From Lingula anatina (taxonomy: Eukaryota; Animalia; Brachiopoda), in assembly GCA_051362555.1 (NCBI GenBank), contig CM120641.1, positions 31,378,401 through 31,442,400 of the forward strand: a stretch of DNA of 64,000 bases, written 5' to 3'. Below the pieces are notes generated by a model, which was not told the origin of the DNA, ran no database searches, and saw nothing but the letters and a program-made list of their open reading frames with translations. A program made the position numbers and the translations under genes. Below, one piece after another: positions 10,001 through 24,130 of this stretch (position 1 is the stretch's first letter; every line of letters begins with the position of its first letter).

Positions 10001-12373
10001 GTAATTTGTCACCTCTTACACAAACAAACTCAAATCATAATATTTGATGTTTAATGTGAGTCTAATTAGATGTTGTGAAATTGAAAAAAAAATATTGTAG
10101 ATAATTCTCACTCTTCGCATACAAAATGTCAAACAACTACAATTCTATCACACACTGTCAACTGTTAAGCTTATCACAGATTTTTGTTATTGCTAAGCAT
10201 CATCTCTCCAAATTTCACAAATATTGAACAAGTTTTGTGAAAATAATTTATGTTTAACTATTTTAAGGCACCGCATTTTGCAGTCTTTTCAATGTCATTT
10301 TCCCTTTTCTCAATTTTATTGTCCAAAAAAATCTTTTTATGAGACACAGTCAACTGATGAGCTTATCACAGATTTTTATTCTTGATATGCATCATCTATC
10401 CAAATTTCACAAATATTAGACAAGATTTGGGAAAATTATTAACGTTTAACTATTTTAAGCCATGGAATTTGGCAGTCGTTTCAGTGTTATTTTCAGTTTT
10501 CTCAAATTTATTGTCCAAAAAAAAATCTTTTTCATGAGACACAGTCAACTGATGAGCTTATCACAGATTTTTATTGTTCTTATGCATCATCTATCCAAAT
10601 TTCACAAATATTAGACAAGATTTGTGAAAATTATTAACGTTTAACTATTTTAAGCCAGGGAATTTGGCAGTCTTTTCAATGTCATTTTCAGTTTTCTCAC
10701 ATTTATATGCTCTGAAAAATGTTTTTCATGAGATGCAGTCAACTGATGAGCTTATCACAGATTTTGATTATTGTTTTGCATCATCTGTCCAAATTTCACA
10801 AATCTTGAACAAATTTTGTGAAAATTATTTATGTTTAACTATTTTAAGGCACCGCATTTTGCAGTCTTCTCAGTGTCATTTTCAATTTTCTCAAATTTAT
10901 TGTCCAAAAAATCTTTTTAATGAGACACAGTCAACTGATGAGCTTATCACAGATTTTTATTGTTGTTATGCATCATCTATCCAAATTTCACAAATATTAG
11001 ACAAGATTTGTGAAAATTATTAATGTTAAACAATTTTAAGCAATGGAATTTGGCAGTCTTTTCAATGTCATTTTCAGTTTTCTCACATTTATATGCTCTG
11101 AAAAATGATTTTCATGAAACACAGTCAACTGATGAGCTTATCACAGATTTTTATTGTTGATATGCATCATCTGTCCAAATTTCACAAACATTAGACAAGA
11201 TTTGTGAAAATTATTAACGTTTAACTATTTTAAGCCATGGAATTTGGCAGTCTTTTCAATGTCATTTTCAGTTTTCTCACATTTATATGCCCTGAAAAAT
11301 GTTTTTCATGAGATGCAGTCAACTGATGAGCTTATCACAGATTTTTATTATTGTTAAGCATCATCTCTCCAAATTTCACAAATATTGAACAGGTTTTGTG
11401 AATATTATTAACATTTAACTATTTTAAGGCACCGCATTTTGCAGTCTTCTTCGTGTCATTTTCAATTTTCTCAAATTTATTGTCCAAAAAAATCTTTTTA
11501 ATGAGACACAGTCAACTGATGAGCTTATCACAGATTTGTATTGTTGTTATGCATCATCTATCCAAATTTCACAAATATTAAACAAGATTTGTGAAAATTA
11601 TTAACGTTAAACTATTTTAAGCCATGGAATTTGGCAGTCTTTTCAATGTCATTTTCAGTTTTCTCACATTTATATGCTCTGAAAAATGTTTTTCATGAAA
11701 CACAGTCAACTGATGAGCTTATCACAGATTTTTATTATTGTTATGCATCATCTATCCAAAATTATTAACGTTTAACTATTTTAAGGCACCACATTTTGCA
11801 GTCTTTTCAATGTCATTTTCCGTTTTTCTCAATTTTATTGTCCAAAAAAATCTTTTTTATGAGACACAGGCAACTGATGAGCTTATCTCAGATTTTAATT
11901 ATTGTTAAGCATCATCTCTCCAAATTTCACAAATATTGAACAGGTTTTGTGAATATTATTAACATTTAACTATTTTAAGGCACCGCATTTTGCAGTCTTC
12001 TCAGTGTCATTTTCAATTTTCTCAATTTTATTGTCCAAAAAAATCTTTTTTATGAGACACAGTCAACTGATGAGCTTATCACAGATTTGTATTGTTGTTA
12101 TGCATCATCTATCCAAATTTCACAAATATTAAACAAGATATGTGAAAATTATTAACGTTAAACTATTTTAAGCCATGGAATTTGGCAGTCTTTTCAATGT
12201 CATTTTCAGTATTTCTCAAATTTATATGTTCTGAAAATGTTGTTTTTATTAGACATAGTCAACTGTTTAGCTTAAGTTTATCAAAATTATTGTTCAACTT
12301 TTTTAATGTGGGAAATTTGTCAATTTTTAGAATTCAATTTTCACTTTTATCAAACATATTGTTCTTTTTCTAA

Positions 12374-12659
12374 GTGACCTTCTCCATACAGCGTGATGGA
12401 TTTTTTGGTGAACTGATTCTTCCTGTCTGGTCAGGGCTAATTCCTATAGAAAAAACAGACAGCAAAAGACAACAGCAAGAGCGATGCTATGTCTCATCCA
12501 TGTGTACAATAGATGGTATATGGCAAGCTTTAGGACATTGTCAAATGGTGTGCTAAACCCTATTCCAGAAACCGATTGTAAGGAGGAATCTGCATCTGGT
12601 ATTGGTAATAAGGAGATGTCTTAAATGGGTATATATTCTTTTCCAGAGGACAATTATGG
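12374..12659 (+). repeat. Cassette core, copy 3 (mutated acceptor)
   Basis: TTTTTCTAAGTGACC instead of TTTTTCTAGGTGACC. Confidence 0.9.
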
Positions 12660-14679
12660 GTAATTTGTCACCTCTTACACAAACAAACTCAAATCATAAT
12701 ATTTGATGTTTAATGTGAGTCTAATTAGATGTTGTGAAATTGAAAAAAAAAATATTGTAGATAATTCTCACTCTTCGCATACAAAATGTCAGACAACTAC
12801 AATTCTATCACACACTGTCAACTGTTAAGCTTATCACAGATTTTTGTTATTGCTAAGCATCATCTCTCCAAATTTCACAAATATTGAACAAGTTTTGTGA
12901 AAATTATTAATATTTAACTATTTTAAGGCACCGCATTTTGCAGTCTTTTCAGTTTCATTTTCAATTTTCTCAATTTTATTGTCCAAAAAAAAATCTTTTT
13001 CATGAAACACAGTCAACTGATGAGCTTATCACAGATTTTTATTATTGTTATGCATCATCTATCCAAATTTCACAAATCTTGAAAAAGATTTGTGAAAATT
13101 ATTAACGTTTAACTATTTTAAGGCACAACATTTTGCAGTCTTTTCAATGTCATTTTCCGTTTTTCTCAATTTTATTGTCCAAAAAAATCTTTTTTATGAG
13201 ACACAGGCAACTGATGAGCTTATCACAGATTTTTATTGTTGATATGCATCATCTATCCAAATTTCAGAAAACCTTAGACAAGATTTGTGAAAATTATTAA
13301 CGTTTAACTATTTTAAGCCATGGAATTTGGCAGTCTTTTCAATGTCATTTTTAGTTTTCTCACATTTATATGCCCTGAAAAATGTTTTTCATGAGATGCA
13401 GTCAACTGATGAGCTTATCACAGATTTTTATTATTGTTAAGCATCATCTCTCCAAATTTCACAAATATTGAACAGGTTTTGTGAATATTATTAACGTTTA
13501 ACTATTTTAAGGCACCGCATTTTGCAGTCTTTTCAATGTCATTTTCTGTTTTCTCAAATTAATTGTCCAAAAAAATCTTTTTTATGAGACACAGTCAACT
13601 GATGAGCTTTTCACAGATTTGTATTGTTGTTATGCATCATCTATCCAAATTTCACAAATATAAAACAAGATTTGTGAAAATTATTAATGTTTAACTATTT
13701 TAAGCCATGGAATTTGGCAGTCTTTTCAATGTCATTTTCAGTTTTCTCACATTTATATGCTCTGAAAAATGTTTTTCATAAGACACATTCAATTGATGAG
13801 CTTATCACAGATTTTTATTATTGTTATGCATCATCTGTCTAAATTTCACAAATATTGAACAAGTTTTGTGAAAATTATTAACGTTTAACTATTTTAAGGC
13901 ACCACATTTTGCGGTCTTTTCAATGTCATTTTCTGTTTTCTCAAATTAATTGTCCAAAAAAATTTTTTTTATGAGACACAGTCAACTGATGAGCTTATCA
14001 CAGATTTGTATTGTTGTTATGCATCATCTATCCAAATTTCACAAATATTAGACAAGATTTGTGAAAATTATTAACGTTAAACTATTTTAAGCCATGGAAT
14101 TTAGCAGTCTTTTCAATGTCATTTTCAGTTTTCTCACATTTATATGCCCTGAAAAATGTTTTTCATGAGATGCAGTCAACTGATGAGCTTATCACAGATT
14201 TTTATTATTGTTAAGCATCATCTCTCCAAATTTCACAAATATTGAACAGGTTTTGTGAATATTATTAACATTTAACTATTTTAAGGCACCACATTTTGCA
14301 GTCTTCTCAGTGTCATTTTCAATTTTCTCAAATTTATTGTCCAAAAAAATCTTTTTAATGAGACACAGTCAACTGATGAGCTTATCACAGATTTTTATTG
14401 TTGTTATGCATCATCTATCCAAATTTCACAAATATTAGACAAGATTTGTGAAAATTATTAACGTTAAACTATTTTAAGCCATGGAATTTAGCAGTCTTTT
14501 CAATGTCATTTTCAGAATTTCTCAAATTTATATGTTCTGAAAATGTCCTTTTTATTAGACATAGTCAACTGTTTAGGTTAAGTTTATCAAAATTATTATT
14601 CTACTATTTTAGTGTGGGAAATTTGTCAATATTTAGAATTTAATTTTCACTTTTATCAAACATATTGTTCTTTTTCCAG

Positions 14680-14965
14680 GTGACCTTTTCCATACAGCTT
14701 GATGGCTTTTTTGGTGAACTGATTCTTCCTGTCTGGTCAGGGCTAATTCCTATAGAAAAAACAGACAGCAAAAGACAACAGCAAGAGCAATGCTATGTCT
14801 CATCCATGTGTACAATAGATGGTATATGGCAAGCTTTAGGACATTGTCAAATGGTGTGCTAAACCCTATTCCAGAAACCGATTGTAAGGAGGAATCTGCA
14901 TCTGGTATTGGTAGTAAGGAGATGTCTTAAATGGGTATATATTCTTTTCCAGAGGGCAATTATGG
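14680..14965 (+). repeat. Cassette core, copy 4
   Basis: TTTTCCAG|GT acceptor type. Confidence 0.9.
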
Positions 14966-15819
14966 GTAATTTGTCACCATTACACAAACAAACTCAAATC
15001 ATAATATTTGATGTTTAATGTGAGTCTAATTAGATGTTGTGAAATTGAAAAAAAAAAATATTGTAGATAATTCTCACTCTTCGCATACAAAATGTCAATC
15101 TACTACAATTCTATCACACAATGTCAACTGTTAAGTTTATCACAGATTTTTGTTATTGTTAAGCATCATCTCTCCAAATTTCACAAATATTGAACAAGTT
15201 TTGTGAAAATTATTAACGTTAAACTATTTTAAGCCATGGAATTTTGCAGTCTTTGCAATGTCATTTTCAGTTTTTTCACATTTATATGCTCTCAAAAATG
15301 TTTTTCATGAAACACAGTCAACTGATGAGCTTATCACAGATTTTTATTATTGTTATGCATCATCTGTCCAAATTTCACAAATCTTGAACAAGATTTGTGA
15401 AAATTATTAACGTTTAACTATTTTAAGGCACCGCATTTTGCAGTCTTTTCAATGTCATTTTCTGTTTTCTCAATTTAATTGTCCAAAAAAATCTTTTTTA
15501 TGAGACACAGTCAACTGATGAGCTTATCACAGATTTTTATTGTTGTTATGCATCATCTATTCAAATTTCACAAATATTAGACAAGATTTGTGAAAATTAT
15601 TAACGTTTAACTATTTTAAGCCATGGAATTTGGCAGTCTTTTCAATGTCATTTTCAGTTTTCTCACATTTATATGCCCTGAAAAATGTTTTTTATGAGAT
15701 GCAGTCAACTGTTTAGCTTAAGTTTATCAAAATTATTGTTCAACTTTTTTAATGTGGGAAATTTGTCAATTTTTAGAATTCAATTTTCACTTTTATCAAA
15801 CATATTGTTCTTTTTCTAG

Positions 15820-16105
15820 GTGACCTTCTCCATACAGCGTGATGGATTTTTTGGTGAACTTATTCTTCCTGTCTGGTCAGGGCTAATTCCTATAGAAAAA
15901 ACAGACAGCAAAAGACAACAGCAAGAGCGATGCTATGTCTCATCCATGTGTACAATAGATGGTATATGGCAAGCTTTAGGACATTGTCAAATGGTGTGCT
16001 AAACCCTATTCCAGAAACCGATTGTAAGGAGGAATCTGCATCTGGTATTGGTAATAAGGAGATGTCTTAAATGGGTATATATTCTTTTCCAGAGGACAAT
16101 TATGG
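15820..16105 (+). repeat. Cassette core, copy 5
   Basis: TAG|GT type. Confidence 0.9.
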
Positions 16106-17512
16106 GTAATTTGTCACCTCTTACACAAACAAACTCAAATCATAATATTTGATGTTTAATGTGAGTCTAATTAGATGTTGTGAAATTGAAAAAAAAATAT
16201 TGTAGATAATTCTCACTCTTCGCATACAAAATGTCAGACAACTACAATTCTATCACACACTGTCAACTGTTAAGCTTATCACAGATTTTTGTTATTGCTA
16301 AGCATCATCTCTCCAAATTTCACAAATATTGAACAAGTTTTGTGAAAATTATTAATATTTAACTATTTTAAGGCACCGCATTTTGCAGTCTTTTCAGTTT
16401 CATTTTCAATTTTCTCAATTTTATTGTCCAAAAAAAATCTTTTTCATGAAACACAGTCAACTGATGAGCTTATCACATATTTTTATTATTGTTATGCATC
16501 ATCTATCCAAATTTCACAAATCTTGAAAAAGATTTGTGAAAATTATTAACGTTTAACTATTTTAAGGCACCACATTTTGCAGTCTTTTCAATGTCATTTT
16601 CCGTTTTTCTCAATTTTATTGTCCAAAAAAATCTTTTTAATGAGACACAGTCAACTGATGAGCTTATCACAGATTTGTATTGTTGTTATGCATCATCTAT
16701 CCAAATTTCACAAATATAAAACAAGATTTGTGAAAATTATTAATGTTTAACTATTTTAAGCCATGGAATTTGGCAGTCTTTTCAATGTCATTTTCAGTTT
16801 TCTCACATTTATATGCTCTGAAAAATGTTTTTCATGAAACACAGTCAACTGATGAGCTTATCACAGATTTTTATTATTGTTATGCATCATCTATCCAAAA
16901 TTATTAACGTTTAACTATTTTAAGGCACCACATTTTGCAGTCTTTTCAATGTCATTTTCCGTTTTTCTCAATTTTATTGTCCAAAAAAATCTTTTTTATG
17001 AGACACAGGCAACTGATGAGCTTATCTCAGATTTTAATTATTGTTAAGCATCATCTCTCCAAATTTCACAAATATTGAACAGGTTTTGTGAATATTATTA
17101 ACATTTAACTATTTTAAGGCACCGCATTTTGCAGTCTTCTCAGTGTCATTTTCAATTTTCTCAATTTTATTGTCCAAAAAAATCTTTTTTATGAGACACA
17201 GTCAACTGATGAGCTTATCACAGATTTGTATTGTTGTTATGCATCATCTATCCAAATTTCACAAATATTAAACAAGATATGTGAAAATTATTAACGTTAA
17301 ACTATTTTAAGCCATGGAATTTGGCAGTCTTTTCAATGTCATTTTCAGTATTTCTCAAATTTATATGTTCTGAAAATGTTGTTTTTATTAGACATAGTCA
17401 ACTGTTTAGCTTAAGTTTATCAAAATTATTGTTCAACTTTTTTAATGTGGGAAATTTGTCAATTTTTAGAATTCAATTTTCACTTTTATCAAACATATTG
17501 TTCTTTTTCTAA

Positions 17513-17798
17513 GTGACCTTCTCCATACAGCGTGATGGATTTTTTGGTGAACTGATTCTTCCTGTCTGGTCAGGGCTAATTCCTATAGAAAAAACAGACA
17601 GCAAAAGACAACAGCAAGAGCGATGCTATGTCTCATCCATGTGTACAATAGATGGTATATGGCAAGCTTTAGGACATTGTCAAATGGTGTGCTAAACCCT
17701 ATTCCAGAAACCGATTGTAAGGAGGAATCTGCATCTGGTATTGGTAATAAGGAGATGTCTTAAATGGGTATATATTCTTTTCCAGAGGACAATTATGG
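17513..17798 (+). repeat. Cassette core, copy 6 (mutated acceptor)
   Basis: CTAAGTGACC; duplicate of copy 3. Confidence 0.9.
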
Positions 17799-19817
17799 GT
17801 AATTTGTCACCTCTTACACAAACAAACTCAAATCATAATATTTGATGTTTAATGTGAGTCTAATTAGATGTTGTGAAATTGAAAAAAAAAATATTGTAGA
17901 TAATTCTCACTCTTCGCATACAAAATGTCAGACAACTACAATTCTATCACACACTGTCAACTGTTAAGCTTATCACAGATTTTTGTTATTGCTAAGCATC
18001 ATCTCTCCAAATTTCACAAATATTGAACAAGTTTTGTGAAAATTATTAATATTTAACTATTTTAAGGCACCGCATTTTGCAGTCTTTTCAGTTTCATTTT
18101 CAATTTTCTCAATTTTATTGTCCAAAAAAAAATCTTTTTCATGAAACACAGTCAACTGATGAGCTTATCACAGATTTTTATTATTGTTATGCATCATCTA
18201 TCCAAATTTCACAAATCTTGAAAAAGATTTGTGAAAATTATTAACGTTTAACTATTTTAAGGCACAACATTTTGCAGTCTTTTCAATGTCATTTTCCGTT
18301 TTTCTCAATTTTATTGTCCAAAAAAATCTTTTTTATGAGACACAGGCAACTGATGAGCTTATCACAGATTTTTATTGTTGATATGCATCATCTATCCAAA
18401 TTTCAGAAAACCTTAGACAAGATTTGTGAAAATTATTAACGTTTAACTATTTTAAGCCATGGAATTTGGCAGTCTTTTCAATGTCATTTTTAGTTTTCTC
18501 ACATTTATATGCCCTGAAAAATGTTTTTCATGAGATGCAGTCAACTGATGAGCTTATCACAGATTTTTATTATTGTTAAGCATCATCTCTCCAAATTTCA
18601 CAAATATTGAACAGGTTTTGTGAATATTATTAACGTTTAACTATTTTAAGGCACCGCATTTTGCAGTCTTTTCAATGTCATTTTCTGTTTTCTCAAATTA
18701 ATTGTCCAAAAAAATCTTTTTTATGAGACACAGTCAACTGATGAGCTTTTCACAGATTTGTATTGTTGTTATGCATCATCTATCCAAATTTCACAAATAT
18801 AAAACAAGATTTGTGAAAATTATTAATGTTTAACTATTTTAAGCCATGGAATTTGGCAGTCTTTTCAATGTCATTTTCAGTTTTCTCACATTTATATGCT
18901 CTGAAAAATGTTTTTCATAAGACACATTCAATTGATGAGCTTATCACAGATTTTTATTATTGTTATGCATCATCTGTCTAAATTTCACAAATATTGAACA
19001 AGTTTTGTGAAAATTATTAACGTTTAACTATTTTAAGGCACCACATTTTGCGGTCTTTTCAATGTCATTTTCTGTTTTCTCAAATTAATTGTCCAAAAAA
19101 ATTTTTTTATGAGACACAGTCAACTGATGAGCTTATCACAGATTTGTATTGTTGTTATGCATCATCTATCCAAATTTCACAAATATTAGACAAGATTTGT
19201 GAAAATTATTAACGTTAAACTATTTTAAGCCATGGAATTTAGCAGTCTTTTCAATGTCATTTTCAGTTTTCTCACATTTATATGCCCTGAAAAATGTTTT
19301 TCATGAGATGCAGTCAACTGATGAGCTTATCACAGATTTTTATTATTGTTAAGCATCATCTCTCCAAATTTCACAAATATTGAACAGGTTTTGTGAATAT
19401 TATTAACATTTAACTATTTTAAGGCACCACATTTTGCAGTCTTCTCAGTGTCATTTTCAATTTTCTCAAATTTATTGTCCAAAAAAATCTTTTTAATGAG
19501 ACACAGTCAACTGATGAGCTTATCACAGATTTTTATTGTTGTTATGCATCATCTATCCAAATTTCACAAATATTAGACAAGATTTGTGAAAATTATTAAC
19601 GTTAAACTATTTTAAGCCATGGAATTTAGCAGTCTTTTCAATGTCATTTTCAGAATTTCTCAAATTTATATGTTCTGAAAATGTCCTTTTTATTAGACAT
19701 AGTCAACTGTTTAGGTTAAGTTTATCAAAATTATTATTCTACTATTTTAGTGTGGGAAATTTGTCAATATTTAGAATTTAATTTTCACTTTTATCAAACA
19801 TATTGTTCTTTTTCCAG

Positions 19818-20103
19818 GTGACCTTTTCCATACAGCTTGATGGCTTTTTTGGTGAACTGATTCTTCCTGTCTGGTCAGGGCTAATTCCTATAGAAAAAAC
19901 AGACAGCAAAAGACAACAGCAAGAGCAATGCTATGTCTCATCCATGTGTACAATAGATGGTATATGGCAAGCTTTAGGACATTGTCAAATGGTGTGCTAA
20001 ACCCTATTCCAGAAACCGATTGTAAGGAGGAATCTGCATCTGGTATTGGTAGTAAGGAGATGTCTTAAATGGGTATATATTCTTTTCCAGAGGGCAATTA
20101 TGG
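19818..20103 (+). repeat. Cassette core, copy 7
   Basis: CCAG|GT type; duplicate of copy 4. Confidence 0.9.
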
Positions 20104-21344
20104 GTAATTTGTCACCATTACACAAACAAACTCAAATCATAATATTTGATGTTTAATGTGAGTCTAATTAGATGTTGTGAAATTGAAAAAAAAAAATATT
20201 GTAGATAATTCTCACTCTTCGCATACAAAATGTCAATCTACTACAATTCTATCACACAATGTCAACTGTTAAGTTTATCACAGATTTTTGTTATTGTTAA
20301 GCATCATCTCTCCAAATTTCACAAATATTGAACAAGTTTTGTGAAAATTATTAACGTTAAACTATTTTAAGCCATGGAATTTTGCAGTCTTTGCAATGTC
20401 ATTTTCAGTTTTTTCACATTTATATGCTCTCAAAAATGTTTTTCATGAAACACAGTCAACTGATGAGCTTATCACAGATTTTTATTATTGTTATGCATCA
20501 TCTGTCCAAATTTCACAAATCTTGAACAAGATTTGTGAAAATTATTAACGTTTAACTATTTTAAGGCACCGCATTTTGCAGTCTTTTCAATGTCATTTTC
20601 TGTTTTCTCAATTTAATTGTCCAAAAAAATCTTTTTTATGAGACACAGTCAACTGATGAGCTTATCACAGATTTTTATTGTTGTTATGCATCATCTATTC
20701 AAATTTCACAAATATTAGACAAGATTTGTGAAAATTATTAACGTTTAACTATTTTAAGCCATGGAATTTGGCAGTCTTTTCAATGTCATTTTCAGTTTTC
20801 TCACATTTATATGCTCTGAAAAATGTTTTTCATAAGACACATTCAATTGATGAGCTTATCACAGATTTTTATTATTGTTATGCATCATCTGTCTAAATTT
20901 CACAAATATTGAACAAGTTTTGTGAAAATTATTAACGTTTAACTATTTTAAGGCACCACATTTTGCGGTCTTTTCAGTGTCATTTTCAATTTTCTCAATT
21001 TTATTGTCCAAAAAAATCTTTTTTATGAGACACAGTCAACTGATGAGCTTATCACAGATTTGTATTGTTGTTATGCATCATCTATCCAAATTTCACAAAT
21101 ATTAAACAAGATATGTGAAAATTATTAACGTTAAACTATTTTAAGCCATGGAATTTGGCAGTCTTTTCAATGTCATTTTCAGTTTTCTCACATTTATATG
21201 CCCTGAAAAATGTTTTTTATGAGATGCAGTCAACTGTTTAGCTTAAGTTTATCAAAATTATTGTTCAACTTTTTTAATGTGGGAAATTTGTCAATTTTTA
21301 GAATTCAATTTTCACTTTTATCAAACATATTGTTCTTTTTCTAG

Positions 21345-21630
21345 GTGACCTTCTCCATACAGCGTGATGGATTTTTTGGTGAACTTATTCTTCCTGTCTG
21401 GTCAGGGCTAATTCCTATAGAAAAAACAGACAGCAAAAGACAACAGCAAGAGCGATGCTATGTCTCATCCATGTGTACAATAGATGGTATATGGCAAGCT
21501 TTAGGACATTGTCAAATGGTGTGCTAAACCCTATTCCAGAAACCGATTGTAAGGAGGAATCTGCATCTGGTATTGGTAATAAGGAGATGTCTTAAATGGG
21601 TATATATTCTTTTCCAGAGGACAATTATGG
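21345..21630 (+). repeat. Cassette core, copy 8
   Basis: TAG|GT type; duplicate of copy 5. Confidence 0.9.
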
Positions 21631-23844
21631 GTAATTTGTCACCTCTTACACAAACAAACTCAAATCATAATATTTGATGTTTAATGTGAGTCTAATTAGA
21701 TGTTGTGAAATTGAAAAAAAAATATTGTAGATAATTCTCACTCTTCGCATACAAAATGTCAGACAACTACAATTCTATCACACACTGTCAACTGTTAAGC
21801 TTATCACAGATTTTTGTTATTGCTAAGCATCATCTCTCCAAATTTCACAAATATTGAACAAGTTTTGTGAAAATTATTAATATTTAACTATTTTAAGGCA
21901 CCGCATTTTGCAGTCTTTTCAGTTTCATTTTCAATTTTCTCAATTTTATTGTCCAAAAAAAAATCTTTTTCATGAAACACAGTCAACTGATGAGCTTATC
22001 ACATATTTTTATTATTGTTATGCATCATCTATCCAAATTTCACAAATCTTGAAAAAGATTTGTGAAAATTATTAACGTTTAACTATTTTAAGGCACCACA
22101 TTTTGCAGTCTTTTCAATGTCATTTTCCGTTTTTCTCAATTTTATTGTCCAAAAAAATCTTTTTAATGAGACACAGTCAACTGATGAGCTTATCACAGAT
22201 TTGTATTGTTGTTATGCATCATCTATCCAAATTTCACAAATATAAAACAAGATTTGTGAAAATTATTAATGTTTAACTATTTTAAGCCATGGAATTTGGC
22301 AGTCTTTTCAATGTCATTTTTAGTTTTCTCACATTTATATGCCCTGAAAAATGTTTTTCATGAGATGCAGTCAACTGATGAGCTTATCACAGATTTTTAT
22401 TATTGTTAAGCATCATCTCTCCAAATTTCACAAATATGAAACAAGCTTTGTGAAAATTATTAATGTTTAACTATTTTAAGCCATGGAATTTGGCAGTCTT
22501 TTCAATGTCATTTTCAGTTTTCTCACATTTATATGCTCTGAAAAATGTTTTTCATGAGACACATTCAATTGATGAGCTTATCACAGATTTTTATTAATGT
22601 TATGCATCATCTGTCTAAATTTCACAAATATTGAACAAGTTTTGTGAAAATTATTAACGTTTAACTATTTTAAGGCACCACATTTTGCAGTCTTTTCAAT
22701 GTCATTTTCTGTTTTCTCAATTTAATTGTCCAAAAAAATCTTTTTTATGAGACACAGTCAACTGATGAGCTTATCACAGATTTTTATTGTTGTTATGCAT
22801 CATCTATCCAAATTTCACAAATATTAGACAAGATTTGTGAAAATTATTAACATTTAACTATTTTAAGCCATGGAATTTGGCAGTCTTTTCAATGTCATTT
22901 TCAGTTTTCTCACATTTATATGCTCTGAAAAATGTTTTTTATGAGACACAGGCAACTGATGAGCTTATCACAGATTTCTATTGTGGATGTGCATCATCTA
23001 TCCAAATTTCACAAACATTAGACAAGATTTGTGAAAATTATTAACGTTTAACTATTTTAAGCCATGGAATTTGGCAGTCTTTTCAATGTCATTTTCAGTT
23101 TTCTCACATTTATATGCCCTGAAAAATGTTTTTCATGAGATGCAGTCAACTGATGAGCTTATCACAGATTTTTATTATTGTTAAGCATCATCTCTCCAAA
23201 TTTCACAAATATTGAACAGGTTTTGTGAATATTATTAACGTTTAACTATTTTAAGGCACCGCATTTTGCAGTCTTCTCAGTGTCATTTTCAATTTTCTCA
23301 AATTTATTGTCCAAAAAAATCTTTTTAATGAGACACAGTCAACTGATGAGCTTATCACAGATTTTTATTGTTGTTATGCATCATCTATCCAAATTTCACA
23401 AATATTAGACAAGATTTGTGAAAATTATTAACGTTTAACTATTTTAAGCCATGGAATTTGGCAGTCTTTTCAATGTCATTTTCCGTTTTTCTCAATTTTA
23501 TATGCTCTGAAAAATGTTTTTCATGAGCTGCAGTCAACTGATGAGCTTATCACAGATTTTTATTATTGTTATGCATCATCTGTCCAAATTTCACAAATAT
23601 TGTACAAGATTTGTGAAAATTATTAACGTTTAACTATTTCAAGCCATGGAATTTGGCAGTCTTTTCAATGTCATTTTCAGTATTTCTCAAATTTATATGT
23701 TCTGAAAATGTCGTTTTTATTAGACATAGTCAACTGTTTAGCTTAAGTTTATCAAAATTATTGTTCAACTTTTTTAATGTGGGAAATTTGTCAATTTTTA
23801 GAATTCAATTTTCACTTTTATCAAACATATTGTTCTTTTTCTAG

Positions 23845-24130
23845 GTGACCTTCTCCATACAGGGTGATGGATTTTTTGGTGAACTGATTCTTCCTGTCTG
23901 GTCAGGGCTAATTCCTATAGAAAAAACAGACAGCAAAAGACAACAGCAAGAGCGATGCTATGTCTCATCCATGTGTACAATAGATGGTATATGGCAAGCT
24001 TTAGGACATTGTCAAATGGTGTGCTAAACCCTATTCCAGAAACCGATTGTAAGGAGGAATCTGCATCTGGTATTGGTAATAAGGAGATGTCTTAAATGGG
24101 TATATATTCTTTTCCAGAGGACAATTATGG
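23845..24130 (+). repeat. Cassette core, copy 9
   Basis: TAG|GT type. Confidence 0.9.

Larger units (their letters stand above)
3600..12200. repeat. Tandem duplication, 3793-bp unit (~2.3 copies)
   Basis: ORF pairs 5730/9523, 5922/9715 and 6871/10664 are all offset by 3793 and share private variants (ATAGGAAAA, ATGTTTACA, GCCAGGGAAT). Boundaries are approximate. Confidence 0.9.
11600..22300. repeat. Tandem duplication, ~5139-bp three-cassette unit
   Basis: 12374/17513 and 14665/19803 are offset by 5138-5139. 15820/21345 is offset by 5525 (one extra 387-bp dimer). Both units carry the private CTAAGTGACC acceptor variant. Boundaries are approximate. Confidence 0.9.
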
